A stretch of 64,000 bases of DNA from assembly GCF_030684315.1 (NCBI RefSeq), contig NC_081385.1:6250341-6314340 (forward strand), read 5' to 3'. The DNA is from Stegostoma tigrinum. Its lineage: Eukaryota. This document shows, in pieces, positions 39,173 to 52,482 of the stretch (its first letter is position 1; every line of letters starts with the position of its first letter). The notes below the pieces were generated by a model. It did no database searches and was not told the DNA's origin. It saw only the letters and a list, made by a program, of their open reading frames with translations. The translations under genes were made by a program, and so were the position numbers.

Positions 39173-41784
39173 AGATTTTAAAATACACGCCTTGCTAAAC
39201 CTGGAATCAAACATACATCGAATGAGCTTTAGGGTTGATAAGTGATTGGCACCAGACATTAATTCAGACACGGGCAGAGTTTCGGGTAAGCTTAAGTTCA
39301 TGAAGGATGGAATGTGGGAAGTCAGCCAGGACAGAGTACAAATCAGCGAGGGTGGTAATTTACAATGTTAGAAACTCTGAAATACAGAAAATATGCTCAG
39401 AAATTACTGCAAGACATTCGTCTACAAAATATTTAGTCTCTTCTATTAAACGCTACAAAAGAATGTCAGTGAACAGGCAAGACCCTAAAACAGAACACTG
39501 GATTGAGCCTGATAAGTTGCTTAATTCCAAATAAAATTATTTTGCATTTAAACATATGGAATGACAATATCCACACTGCAAGCTTTTCCAAACACAATAT
39601 TAACTCAATTCAAAACAACCCTAACGTATCATTTCTTTTCAAAATTATCTTGAAAAAAGTGAAAATCCAGAACATACTACATCTTTGTGGGAGCTTACAT
39701 AAAGCTGACAACTGCAAAACCAAAATTAATCTGACATGCTGGATTTCACTGACATAAACCACTTCACTGTTAACAATCAGTATCATAACCAGTAGCCACA
39801 GGTAAAAAAGCCCTTTGGGTTGGTGTCAAATTTTAGGCTGATGCTTTCTTTCAGCAGTTTCTTTCATCGTACATTTTAGATGAGACATTAAACAGAGGCT
39901 CACATCTGCCTGCTTGGGTAGATGCAAAAGATCAGGTAGCACTATTTCGAAGAGCAGGACAGAGCTTTTCCCAGCTGGCCATTATTCATCGCCTAATTAG
40001 CCTCACAATAAAACAAACGTACCTGTTCATTTTCCAATTGCTGTTTGTTGAGCTCACCACACGAGCATTGGTTTCAATGTTTCCTAAATTATAACAATGA
40101 CTCCACTTCAGCAAAGTCCTCTGTTGGCTATAAAGCACTTTGGAGTTTGTCCAAGGGTCACGCATAGTACTAGGCAAATGCAAGACATCACATATCTATT
40201 TGGACTCGACCAAATTGATCAATTAGAGATCAAATTAGAGCAAACTACTGTGGACACTGAAAAAAAAACAGTTCAGGCAAAATCTCTGGTCTGGCATAGT
40301 TTGAGAAGAGAGAACCAAAGTTAACATGAATTTATTGCTACAACCCACTTAGAAAAGTGCACCATTTCTTGAACCCCACTACTGCCAGACGTATGACAAA
40401 AGTTAATGATTTAATCAAAAGTAGACAAAGCCCAGATTTACCAGTCTGATTGAATCAGGCAACCAGAAAACTGACCAGAATCTTGTAATAAATTGTTTCT
40501 ATTACATACAAGTAATTAAATTCTGACCATAAGTAAACAGGTATGAACCACCGACATATAACTGTACAAATGAAACTAACTCATGCTTTACATGAGTTAC
40601 AAACACAAAATTCATGTGTTAGGAGAGAAGGTAAAAAAAATGCTAGGGAAATACAGTCCATTAGCACCAGTCCTCAGTAGGAAAGCAGCCTTTTTTATTA
40701 ACAAAACCTTTCGTTCTTGAAATATTCTTCATTTCAGATGCTCAATTCTTTTTCAAAAGATCCAGGAGATTTACTTATAAATTGTTCAGTTTCACAGTCA
40801 CTGGTTAGAGTCGACATCTTATTATTTTGCTGCAGAGACATACAGACAGACCCTGCTTTTTCCAGTCTGCAAAACCTTTTACTACTACAGAAATTTTATC
40901 AACTTTTTCAAATATGTCATTACACACTTCTAAAAGCAGGTGGGACTTGAATTCAGGAATCCCCAGTCAGAGGTACAGTCACTATCACTGCACCATTCAC
41001 ACGTGCACATTTACAAACTGCTCAGCTGTCTCGGAATTAGGTTGTGGATATCAGGCTGATGACCATTGGCATTCCTAACTGATCACAAGTGCACTAGCTA
41101 ATCAGTGCCCTGTTGCTCACAGATCTCACTCTGTACATACTCTGGTGTTTTATCAGATCTCCCTAATTGCTTGCAAAGCAATACTGTAAACATACCGAGT
41201 GCCAGCAACTTGTTTTCAAAAGTATGGCAATTCTTTCCATAGTCCTTGGTTTAAAAAGAGTTATTTTTCATTTTAGACCAAAGTCAAAAATACAGAAAAG
41301 TTAGTTGTTGTTTTTATGCTAACATGGTTTTTCAGATCTAAAGAAAGAATTAATATTGAGTCCAATATGATCCTTCCCTCTTTACAGGTCTTATCAAATC
41401 TGCTGCAATTTTGTCAGCATTTTCTGTTTGGTAAATTACACAGCTTCTTTGACAAATAAGGGAAAGCACAGAGCTGGAAGTGAAACTATATATCTACAGT
41501 CAACAGCTGTGCTATACATTCAGACTGGTAATTGGGGTACAGTCTATTAATTGAAGTGTTAATATGTTATTATGCAGTTTACACCAGCTACAAACATTAA
41601 AAAAAGCCTGCATCTGACAATAACAAAGAAGTTATGTAAGGGAAGAAAGAAAGCTTAAGTTTGTTCTCTTAGGTTCACTGGTGCATGGAACCAGCATTCA
41701 TCACTTTTAGAGATGCAGACATATTTTCCTTCAAGTGCTGCTTGGAAAAAGTGAATATCATTTATTAGGTTTAATAAGCAGGAG

Positions 41785-42510
41785 CATAAATAGGCCATTC
41801 AGCTTAGAGCATGCTCTATCAGGCACAGACCATGGCTGACAAGGATTATCAAGTCTCCAGTGTCAACCTAGTGGACCTTCTCTGGACTGCCTCTAATGCC
41901 AGGATACCTTTCTCACGTAAGGAGTTAAAAACAGTTCACAGTATTCCAATTGTGATCTTTGTATAGTTTCAGCAAAACCACTCTACTTTTAAATTCCCTT
42001 CCTTTGAATAAAAAGGCCAATATTCTATTTATGTTTCCAATACCCATCAAACTTGGATACTAGCTTTTTGTGATTCATGCACAAGGTCTCATAAATCCTC
42101 AGCTCTATAGCTTTCTACAGCCTAATAATATTCAGCTCCTCTATTTTATCTGCCAAAGCATATCAACCTCATATTTCTCACATACATATGCCGTCTACCA
42201 AGTTTTGCCCATTCGCTTAACCTGCCTATATCCCTCCCTACGCACTGTCGTATTTGTATTTCGGCCTTTTTTGTATCACCTGCAAACTTGGTAACAGTAG
42301 ATTCATTTTCTTCATCCAAGTCATTAATATATTGTAAATAATCACAGCCCAACATGGATCTTTATGGCACTCCATGAATTACAGATGCCCACCAGAAAAT
42401 ACCCCCTTATCCCAATTCTGTTTTTTTTTATTAGTTAAGCAACTGTCGATTTATGTTAACTTACTACCTCCAACACCATGGGCTCTTACCTCAAAACAAT
42501 CTAATGTGTG
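41785..42510 (-). mobile_element. CR1 LINE RT fragment
   Basis: Translates to YINDLDEENESTVTKFAGDT, the decayed FADDT motif. Confidence 0.8.
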
Positions 42511-43139
42511 GCGCCCTGCAGTCAACGCTGTCTCAGAATTAGATTGTGGTTATCAAGCTGATGACCTGCTGATACAGCAGCAGTCAAATCTGCTAACCAA
42601 CCCACACTTTCATTTATATAGCAGCTCATGCCTGCCTCGTCTCGTCTCTCTCCCCGCACCACCACTGTTAGAGGTGCGCATCAAATTGCCTTTTGAAGGT
42701 TGCACAACCAGACTGGATTGTGGATTAACAAAAACCTCTTGCACTCAACCCTGTAGTACAAGGCTTTTTCTTTAAAGGGTCTGATCCAGGAGGCAGCCCC
42801 TCTGGCAGTGCGGCACACCCCCCTCAGAACTGCAGTGGGTGGTGTCTCAGGGCCACCTTTCGCAAGCAGGAGGCTCCCAAACCATGATCTAATTAAGCCC
42901 CCAGGCAACCGCCCCTGTAACTCCCTGCCATCATCGTACCCGTTCACTTCCCCCAGCACCTCCCCAGTCTATAACTAACACCACTAGTCCTCCTCCCTGG
43001 GCCTGCTCAGTTACCCCTCTTCTTCCGCCTTACCCCGGGGCCGGGTACCCTCTTCCCCTCCCCTTATCCCCGGGGCCAGTTGCCCTTCCCCCTCTCTCTG
43101 TCTCCTTGCCCCAGGTTGGTTGCCCCGCTCCTACCGGCT

Positions 43140-43500
43140 GACCGAGCCTCCGATGGGAATCGCAAAGCGTCACTCCCTGCAGCCACTTCTGCGCACAGCA
43201 CCGACACACGCCGGTTGCCAAGGTAACTCCCTGGCCCCGCCCCCGTGACAGGTGAGTGACGGTAGCTCTCGGCCATTCAGAGCTCGCGGCTCTACCACAC
43301 TCTCCACATCTATTGGACAATTTGGCCATCCGTAGCGCTAGATGACGCCGTTTAGCCAATTACGTCAGAAGACAGCGAGATCGGGGCTTGCGCTCTAACC
43401 AATCATGTGGCGATAGGTGGGGTTTACGGCCTCGCGACAAATCACCCCCTCGGCTCCGATTGGCTGTGGAGTGGCCTGATGGAATCGTCATTAGTAGAAC
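43140..43500 (-). promoter_or_regulatory. CpG-rich SC5D promoter and probable non-coding exon 1
   Basis: CpG-dense. CCAAT/ATTGG boxes at ~43312, 43356, 43399 and 43459. SRE-like ATCACCCC at 43441, CRE-like TTACGTCA at 43360, and a minus-strand donor CG|GTCAGC at ~43143. SRE plus NF-Y is the known architecture of sterol-synthesis promoters. Confidence 0.7.
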
Positions 43501-43898
43501 CATCAGCTGTTCTTTCTTAAAGGGGCAGATCCCTGGGCTTTAAAGGGGCAAAAGCCTTGGGAATTAAAGGAGCAGTTACTCTGGGATTTAAAGGGGAACC
43601 AATACTGGTATTTAATAGGCACCAATACCGACAGCTATTGAGCTGGTGCGCAGGGTGTTATGTCAGAAAATTTTCACAAGAGGATGGAATCAGGACCTGA
43701 GTGTATAGGATCTCAGTCTGACTCTCTCTGACCTCCCATAATGTGTTGTGTTTAATGTTGATATTTAGTTACTATACAATCTAATCAGACTTTCCAGCTC
43801 TCGATCCACAATACTTCATAGGTGTAATCCAGCCATTCCTTAAGTACTCTAAGTGATTCTGCCTCTACTGCCCTTTCAGACTGCAAGTTTGAAATCTG

Positions 43899-44099
43899 AG
43901 ATAACGAGGTTTAGGGCTGGACGGACACAGCAGGCCAAGCAGCATCAGAGGAGCAGGAAAGCTGACGTTTTGGAAGGGTCTAGGCCTGAAACGTTAGCTT
44001 TCCAGCTCCTGAGATGCTGCTTGGCCTGCTGTGTTCATCCAGATCCACACCTTGTAATCTCTCATTCTCCAGCATCTGCAGTTCCTACTATCTCTGAAA
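43899..44099. mobile_element. Short fold-back PLE-terminus insertion
   Basis: 15-bp TSD CAAGTTTGAAATCTG at 43884-43898 and 44100-44114. Confidence 0.9.
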
Positions 44100-45868
44100 C
44101 AAGTTTGAAATCTGTTGTGTGTGCAATTAAATCCCTTCTAAATCTCCCATTTTGTACTCTGGTCTAATGATGTTTATGGGATGTACTTATGTAATGATGT
44201 ACTTATGGCAATTTCAACTCTGGGGTTTAAGATTTAGTAATTTGGGGTTCTAATGTGCTACAATCATGCAAATGAGGGTAATAAAATAATAGACCACATT
44301 ACACTGCCACAAAATGGCAATGACTAGAAATCTCTGGAGAATGAGCATGTGATTTTGAATGCTATGCTTAAGGTCTTCCTTGACAAGTCAGTGCCAGAGT
44401 GACTGAAATACATAGTTATTATCAGGGACAACATTATTCCTTCACTTGTCAAATTTTCTTTGAGTTAGTCATTAAACTTTTCACCATGAACAAAAGGAGT
44501 ACTTGTTGACTGTTACTGATGATGGTAATTTTTACTTTACTTGGTCATTCTAATGAAAACTTTAAAATGGCAATAACCCTGGAAATTAATGGGACTGCAA
44601 TCCAGTAATTAACTAATGGACTGTATTTGTATAGCATTTTGAACATAGTACAATGCCTCAAGGGAGTTAATGTAAGCAATGATCAAACAACATTTGATCC
44701 CAAGTCAACGAAGAATTCCTAAGACAGGTGACCAAAAGCTTGGTCAGAAAGGAGAGAAAAAGAGTGGAAAGCTTTAGAAAGGGAATTCCAGAACTTAAGG
44801 CTTGGTTGTCAAAGACATGAGTGGCAGTGGTGAAGCAATTAAACCAAGAATGCTCAAGTGGAAAGCAGATATCTTGGTGGAATGTGCAGTTGGTGAAGGT
44901 TCCAGAATTAGGAAGAAGCAAGACCACAAAAGGATTAGAAAACAAGAAGTAGAATTTTAAAACTGAGCCATTGCTTATCGGTGAGCTAGTGTATGGTAAT
45001 AGATTTGTGGATGATCTCAATTTTACGAAGGCAAGAAAACATAAGATGGGTAGAAAAGTTAAGTATATCACCTATCATAGTGCATCAACCTTTGGTGAAA
45101 CAATCCTCTCAGTGTGTAGTTCATACCCAGGAATCATGTTGGAGGAAACACACAGTAAGCCCTTTCTGCAGAAAGCAGATTGTCTAAGTTTTGGCTGTGT
45201 AATTGAGTTTTGAAAAACAAACAATTGCTGGAAATACTCAACAGGTAGAGCAGCAGCTGTGGTGAGAAACAGAGCTAATGCTTCAGGTTGATTACTTTTT
45301 ATCAGAACATATCTTGTTTCTCACTTCGTGATTTTTTTTCTTTAAATTTCCATCACCTGGAGTATTTTGCCATTTGGAGCAACGACAGAGGATTCTCAGA
45401 TGCTGACTGAACAGTATGAACATTCTGTGAGTATGGATGTATCAGTTTAAAAATCAGTATGAATTCTGATCAATATCTACCCAATGTGTATAATCCTGAA
45501 TTATGCCTTTTCAGCCAACATGTTCCTGATAAAGGAAATGACAAGTTTGAAATCAATAATTATTCAGTCAGAGTTGGCCGCTGCTCCCTAATACTGGTGG
45601 TAAGGGGGACTAGATTAATTTGGGATACCTGATCGACATGGACGACTTGGGCTGAAGAATTTGTTTCTATGCTGTTTGGCTCTATGACTCTATAAGCTTC
45701 ATTTATAAAGCTGTAACATAAGTGCTCTAACTGCACCATTAATGCAGATATTCAGGTTTGTCATGTGTGGTGCAGATGATGAACTATTTCAATGTAAATA
45801 AATAATTGCTGGAGTAGTACAAACATGATGCCTTACATCATGTGCACTGACTGAATACATGTTTAGTG

Positions 45869-46499
45869 TGTGATGATATGTGCCTTCAAGAGGGACTGAT
45901 CTATCCTGTTTCCCTTGAAGTGGGGTGTTGTAAAACTGCTGCCACGGTGTCTGCTCCACAGAAAGCAGATTACATGGCTTTGGATTTTAAAAAAATTAGA
46001 CTAAAGAAGCATGAGTTGTTGGAGGCAATCTCAGACAGACCCAGGGTTTTAGTTTTTGCTTTCAGTTGTTGAAGTTCAGGCATTTTGGAATTGAAGCTGC
46101 TAGATACAGCTCTCTCTCTCTGCTGCTGGATTCACTCTGTTGATGTTTCTTCTCCTGAACTGAAGGAGATAACAAATGAGGGATGTCTGTTTTGCTGAAT
46201 ATGCCTGTGTCATGGGTGTGTTTGTAGGATGCTGCTATTTTGGAAAAGCTGATGAGTAGTAGCTAAATAATATATTATTTATTAAGTCTTTGAATGGAGT
46301 TAAAGTTATGCCAATTTTTTTAGTTTGTATTTTAACTGTAGTGTAAGAATAATGTGTGTTTTGCTTGAAGCCTAGTAATTCAACGAATCAAATTACTTCT
46401 GGAACACAGCGCCTTACACTTGCCTTTAAATAAGATAAGAGTTAGGGTCTAGGCTATCTCCTTGATATATTTTGAGGGCGGTTGTCGTAGTCCATAACA
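45869..46499. mobile_element. Possible solo LTR
   Basis: Termini TGTGATGA...CATAACA with AGTG/AGTA flanks. No internal coding sequence. Confidence 0.45.
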
Positions 46500-47360
46500 A
46501 GTATCTCAGAAGATACTCATTATATACATAGGAATGCTATATAGCTGGCTAAATAAAATAAAGTTGTGTTTACCCATAGTCAAAGCTTTTCTGATGATTA
46601 GCCACTTCAGTTAAGTTTAAAACATACAAACATTTTGTCTGCAATTGGTTTGTTGAAAGTAGTCCAAAATTTTTATATGGTTTCTATTTTTAAGTTTTGA
46701 TTTGCTAGTTTCAATCACATGGAATATTTTTGAAAGTTCATTTTGCACTGGTTAAGATTCTGTGGAGCTGATCTAATAATGAACCCTCTGAAACTACCAG
46801 CTTTAGTGAAAAGCATTACAGTACCTGTTATTGCTACGGTTGAAGTTGTTGCTCCATTTCTGTTGGTGGGGTGCTATTAACTTGTGCAACCAATGATTTA
46901 TCTGTAGACGTTGCAGATGGTGACTGATAGGCCACCTGCAGAGAAAGAATGGGAGTAGTTGTGCCTGTTATTGTGGTGTTATATCTGGTCATTCCACTTC
47001 GACTGCACTATCAAGGTGCCATTTGCTTTGTTCAGATTATCCACTTGGGCTCACTCTCATTCAGGACATTTAAAGTTCACACCTTGACTGGGTCTCCGAT
47101 GTTTCAACTCTGGCAGTTGCAAAAAAATGAAATTTGGTATTCCGAAATTTCACCTTGATTTTGTCACTGAATTTAAGAAGTAAGCATTGCCCAGGCAGTT
47201 GTCCAAGATTGCTGAGGTGGGGGGCGGAGGAAGAATATTGGGAAAGCTCAAGAGACCAGTATTAGAGGAGTGTGCTTGATTTAGAGGATTTGACATTGGA
47301 GGAGATGAGAAATAAGAAGGGGTAGGGCCATAAAATTTAGAAATAAAGGTGACAATTTTA

Positions 47361-47945
47361 CATAAGAACATAAGAACCAGGTGCAGGAGTAGGCCATCTG
47401 GCCCCTTGAACCTGCCCTGCCATTTAATAAGATCATGGCTGATCTTTTTGAGACTCAGCTCCACTTATCCACCCACTCACCATAACCCTTAATTCCTTTA
47501 CTGTCCAAAAATTTATCTAGCCTTGCCTTGCCTTAAAAACATTCAGTGTGGTAGCTTCAACCGCTTCACTGGGCAGGGAATTCCATAGATTCACAACCCT
47601 TTGGGTGAAGAAGTTCCTCCTGGCCTCAGTCCTACATCTGCTTCCCTTTATTTTGAGGCTATGCCCCCTAGTCTTAGTTTCACCTGCTAGTGGAAACAAC
47701 CTTCCTGCCTCCACCTTATCTATTCCCTTCATAATTTTATATGTTTCTGTAAGGTCTCCCCTCATTCTTCTGAATTCCAATGAGTATAATCCCAGCCTAC
47801 TCAGTCTCTCCTAATAATCCAACCCTCTCAACTCTGGAAACAATTCTGCACTCACTCCAGTGCTAGTATATCCCTTCTCAAGTAAGAAGACCAAAACTGC
47901 ACACAGTACTCCAGGTGTGGCCTCACCAAGACCCTATACAGCTGC
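47361..47945 (-). mobile_element. CR1 LINE 3' fragment
   Basis: ORF MEFRRMRGDLTETYKIMKGIDKV...RRNFFTQRVVNLWNSLP is the typical CR1 ORF2 C-terminus. Confidence 0.92.
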
Positions 47946-48189
47946 AGCATTTTAATTGATTTGAGGCGTTGCTTAGCCAGGAACCAATGTAGGTCAGCAT
48001 CAGTAATAATGAAATAAATTAGGGAGGTGACATGCTCATTGTTTCTATTCTTCTCGTCTGTGATGTAATTTAACCTTCTTGAGTGTGTCCATTAACACAA
48101 TATAATGATGATGGAGTCATTCAAGTGACACTCCAGGGACTTGAGCAAGAAATCTTGGCAGATACTTCGGCACCAATGAGGAGAGATTG

Positions 48190-48590
48190 ACTAGGTTAGG
48201 ATTGTTTTTGCTGGAGTTCAGACGAAAGAGGGGGGATCTTATACAGACTTAAAAATTCTGACAGGACTGGACATAGTAGATGAAGGAAGGGTGTTCGCAG
48301 TCTGACGATTTGGAATAGACTATTTAGGACGGAGATGAGGAGACATTTTGTCACCCGAAGAGTGGAGAGCATGTGGAATTCATTACAACAGGAAGTAGTC
48401 GATGCCAAAAGATTGAATGTATTCAAGGGACAGCTAGATATAGCACTTGGGGCGAATGGGATCAAAGGTTTTGGGGGGAAAGCAGGATCAGGTTACTGAG
48501 TTGGACAATCAGCCATGATCATGATGAATGGCAGAACAGGCTCAAAGAGCTGAATGGTCTCCTCCTGCTCCTATTTTCTATGTTTCTATG
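48190..48590 (+). mobile_element. CR1 LINE 3' fragment
   Basis: Decayed RGDLI..YKIL / WNSL coding remnant and CR1 3' UTR. Confidence 0.85.
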
Positions 48591-49159
48591 CACAATTTGC
48601 ATAATATACTTTTAGTCCCTCAGGACTGTTCCATATTCTGTGTGGTGTGCGGCTTATTTGTATCTAAATTCCATTCACTCATCTCTGTTCCATTTCTCTT
48701 GACATCTTTGGTGAATAAAAATTAGTTACTCTTAGTCTTGAACATTTCAGTTGACTTCCAGCATCTAAAAATAAAGTTGCTGAAGTATTATCAGGAAACA
48801 GGGCTGCACTCCCATTATAGAAGGATGATTGGTGGTGGTTTAACCTGAAGGTCACCATGTCTCAGGTAAATGATGAAAAGGACAATTCTTCACGGTAACC
48901 TCAGCCAGTGTGGGAACTGAAACCCAGTCTACATCATAAACTGGCCTTTCATCCCAATGAGCTGACCAACCCCCTTCTACAGCAACTACAGTCTGGTTGG
49001 ACAGAGTACCAGATTTGCAGTAATCATTGTGTGAAGAAGTGTTTTTTGATTTCATTCCTAAAGATTTAACTGGTTTAACTTAATGTTAAGAATAAATCCC
49101 CAACCATAAGGAGCTTATGGGTTCCATTTCTATCCAACATAATCCCTTTTATCATTTTC

Positions 49160-49562
49160 ACAGAATCCCTACAGTGTGGAAACAGGCTACACCGACCCTC
49201 AGAGCATCCCAGCCAGGCCCAGACCCTTGTAAACCCACCTAATCTACACACCCCTGAATACTATGGACAATTTAACATGGCTAATGCACTTAGCCCACAC
49301 ATCTTTGGACTGTGGGAAGAAACTGGAGTATCTGGAGGCAGCCCATGCAGACATGGGGAGAATGTGCAAGCTCCACTCAGACAGTTGCCTATTGGTGGAA
49401 TTGAACCCAGGACCCTGGTGCTGTGAGGCAGCAGGGCTAATCACTGAGCCACTGTGCCCCCACCCTTCCAATATGGGCAAACTCCACACAGACAGTTGTC
49501 CGAGGGTGGAATCAAACCTGAGTCCCTGGTGCTGTGAGGCAGCAGGGCTAATCACCGCACCA
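49160..49562 (-). mobile_element. V-SINE with a tandemly duplicated 5' head
   Basis: The segment GACAGTTG...GGTGGAAT..AACC...CCCTGGTGCTGTGAGGCAGCAGGGCTAATCAC occurs twice (49380-49450 and 49491-49560). Confidence 0.8.
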
Positions 49563-51094
49563 CCTCTATATATTGTTTTTTCTTAAGCAGCTTGATAATA
49601 TTAGCCTGTCAATTCTTTATGCTGAAGGGAATATAAGACAAGTATTTACCATCTGTCCACATAAACCAATGATTTCAATCTTTCCAAGGACACATCTCTA
49701 TTCATTTTGTAAAAATTTAGCCCATTTTTCCTCTAATCAACCCGTCCAGAGATGTCATACACTGCTGGAGCAAGTAAACCTCGATCTCTGTGTGGAGACA
49801 CAACCACTATGCATAGGAGGGCCCTGCATAGTCGCTGCTCATATAAGCAACTCTATTTAGTTCAATTGATTGATGCCAGGCTTTTAATCAACTTCTGCAT
49901 CAAATCCTGGTAAGGTGCATTTAATCTTGAATCTCTTCAATGTTTAAGAGAATGTGCCTACAAAGAAAATTTCAAACGTTAGGACATCCCAATGGGATTT
50001 ACAGCAATTAAGTTCTTTTGAAATTTAATCATTGTTTTAATGTAGGGACTACAACAACAAAATAACACACATTGAGATCCACAAACAGCAATGTGATATG
50101 ACCAGATAATCTATTTAAGTAATGTTGATTGAAGATGAGTATTGTTCCAGGACAGGGGAAGAATTTCTTTTCTCTTCATTAAAACTAATACCATGGAATC
50201 ACTTACATCTACCTAAGAGGGTGTTGAGCCTCGGTTTAACATCTCAACTGAAAGGCAGCTCTGACAGGACAGGGGTCCCTCAAGTATCTGCTCAAGTGAT
50301 TCCGTGTAACTGTTTTCTTAAATTGAGAAAGTAACAGGAGTCTATTCAAAGTTTTCACTCTGTATTTTTGATGGTGAAGTCTAAACAGAGTCTAGATGGG
50401 CAGATCAAAGTTCAATAACCTGAGACCCAGGGATCCAAGGAGACTGCAGGAATTATTGCTGTGCTGGGCCCAGGAAGTGGAATTCCAGGTCAGGAGAAGG
50501 AAAGGGACTGGTGCTTAATGCCTGCCCAAAGGCACATAACTTATTGAGGTTTACCATGAACTTCCAAATGAATATAAAGCCTCCACCTGTCTCCTTGTCT
50601 GATTTAGAACTGGCAAAAGATGTATTGGATGCTGACTTGAAACCAGAGAGTGCTAGAGAAATACAGCAAGTTTGGCAGCATCTGTGGAGTAAGAAACAGT
50701 GTTAAAAATTCAAGTCAAATATAACTTATTCAGAACTGAGAATTGGATGCTGTTCTGACAGTCAGGCAACCATATAAAGCAGCAACAAATAAATTGGATA
50801 CAAACAAATGTTGAAAATATGGAACAGAGCAGTCAGCATGCACAGAGAGAAAGGTCAAGTTACGGTTTGGAGTGCAATCCTTTGCCAGAGGTTCATGTAG
50901 AATCAAAGACTAAAACAATGGAGCAGGGTTTTCAGTCCATCATGACTGTCAGGTCTTTGGTAGAGCTCTCCTATAAATCCCAATTCACTGCTCATGCACA
51001 TTTCCCTCTTCGGGTGCTTATCCAATTCCCTTTTCATAATGTTACTACTGAATCCGGCTCTGTGTTCTTTTTGGACAGCATGTCCTAGATACTA

Positions 51095-51435
51095 AGGGTG
51101 GTATGGTGGTTTGTACTGCTGCTTCACAGCACCAGGTTCAATTCCACCCTCAGGTGACTCTCTGTGTGGAGCTTGCACATTCCCCCCATATCTGTGTGAT
51201 CGTCTTCTGGATGCTCTGATTTTTTTTCCCACAATCCAAAGATGTGCAGGTTAGGTAGATTGGTCATGCTAAATTGCCTATTGTGTCCCAGGAAATGTGC
51301 AAGCTAGGTGGATTAGCTATGGGAAATGCATGGTTACAGGGACAAGGTAAAGGGCTGGGATCCTCTTTAGAGGGGTGGTATGGACTTGATAGGCTGAATG
51401 GCCTGTTTCTACACTGTGGGGATTCTACGATTCTA
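51095..51435 (+). mobile_element. V-SINE (HE1-like)
   Basis: Same family motifs. Confidence 0.8.
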
Positions 51436-51965
51436 GCAATTCAATATGAAAGAGTAAAGCTTCTTTTATTTGCCTGATTCATTCATGAATCACTTTGAAT
51501 TTACCTCCTGTGGTTTTAAGTTTTTCTCTGTTTTATTTTCTCCTTATTAAAGCATATATGAATGTGAACATCTCCATCAAACCTTCTCTGGTCTTAGGGG
51601 AGCAATCCTTGAGCTTACCCAGAGTAATCCTAAGAATTTCCATTCCCTTTGGTGAAGTGAAACAAGAAAAGAACTGCAGATGCTGGAGATCCGTTACAGT
51701 CAAAAAGAGAAAGGGCTGGAAAAACTCAACAGCTCTAGCATCATCTGTGGAGAGGGAAATAGGGTTAATGTTTCCAGGCCACTTACCCTTCCTCGGTGCC
51801 TCTCTCAAAAGAACTGTTCTCTCTTCACAGATGCTGATAAATTTGCTGAGTTTCTTCAGCATTTCCTGAAATTAATCTTTCTTCAGGTTTCTGTCTCCGC
51901 CAAGACCAGGTCCTGACAATTTTTTATTGTTAGAAACAGGGACAGCGAACAGGTAGCAGACAGCT

Positions 51966-52179
51966 GATAATGGGAACTGCAGACGCTGGAGAATCCAAGA
52001 TAACAAAGTGTGGAGCTGGATGAACACAGCAGGCCAAGCAGCACCTCAGGAGCACAAAAGCTGACGTTTCGGGCCTCGACCCCTCTCTGATGAAGGGTCT
52101 AGGCCTGAAACGTCAGCTTTTGTGCTCCTGAGATGCTGCTTGGCCTGCTGTGTTCATCCAGCTCCACACTTTGTTATCT
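51966..52179. mobile_element. Young short fold-back PLE-terminus insertion
   Basis: 15-bp TSD AGGTAGCAGACAGCT at 51951-51965 and 52180-52194. Arms nearly identical. Hammerhead core at 52087-52114. Confidence 0.92.
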
Positions 52180-52425
52180 AGGTAGCAGACAGCTATTGAC
52201 CAGCGTGTAGTATGCATTCACTCTGATGGAACATGCTGTTACAGGCAAAGAGACAAGGGGGAAGAGCTATCCTAACAGTGTAACTCCGCCTGTAACCTGT
52301 GATGTAAGGACGCTGTGCAGACGCTGCGAGACAGTCGGTTAATCTCTTTGAAAAACAAACTTGGAGCTGATGCAAGTTTATTTCAGCCAGTAGTTACAGC
52401 CCAGCCGGTTACCGGGGTCGCCGTA

Positions 52426-52482
52426 ATGATCTGTGTGCTGCTAGTCGCTGGCCATGGGACATTGCTGGAGAGTGAGATCAAG
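52426..52482 (+). CDS. gkup: Glucuronokinase with putative uridyl pyrophosphorylase, coding exon 1
   Basis: ATG MICVLLVAGHGTLLESEIK|gtgaat. This is a nucleotidyltransferase LLxAGxGT start. It lies in a CpG-rich stretch. Confidence 0.88.

Noticed and set aside
45515-45600. Possible plus-strand exon (tttcag...GG|gtaag, one open frame)
   Set aside because: No recognisable homology and no phase link to a gene; the 3' end runs into a repeat tail.
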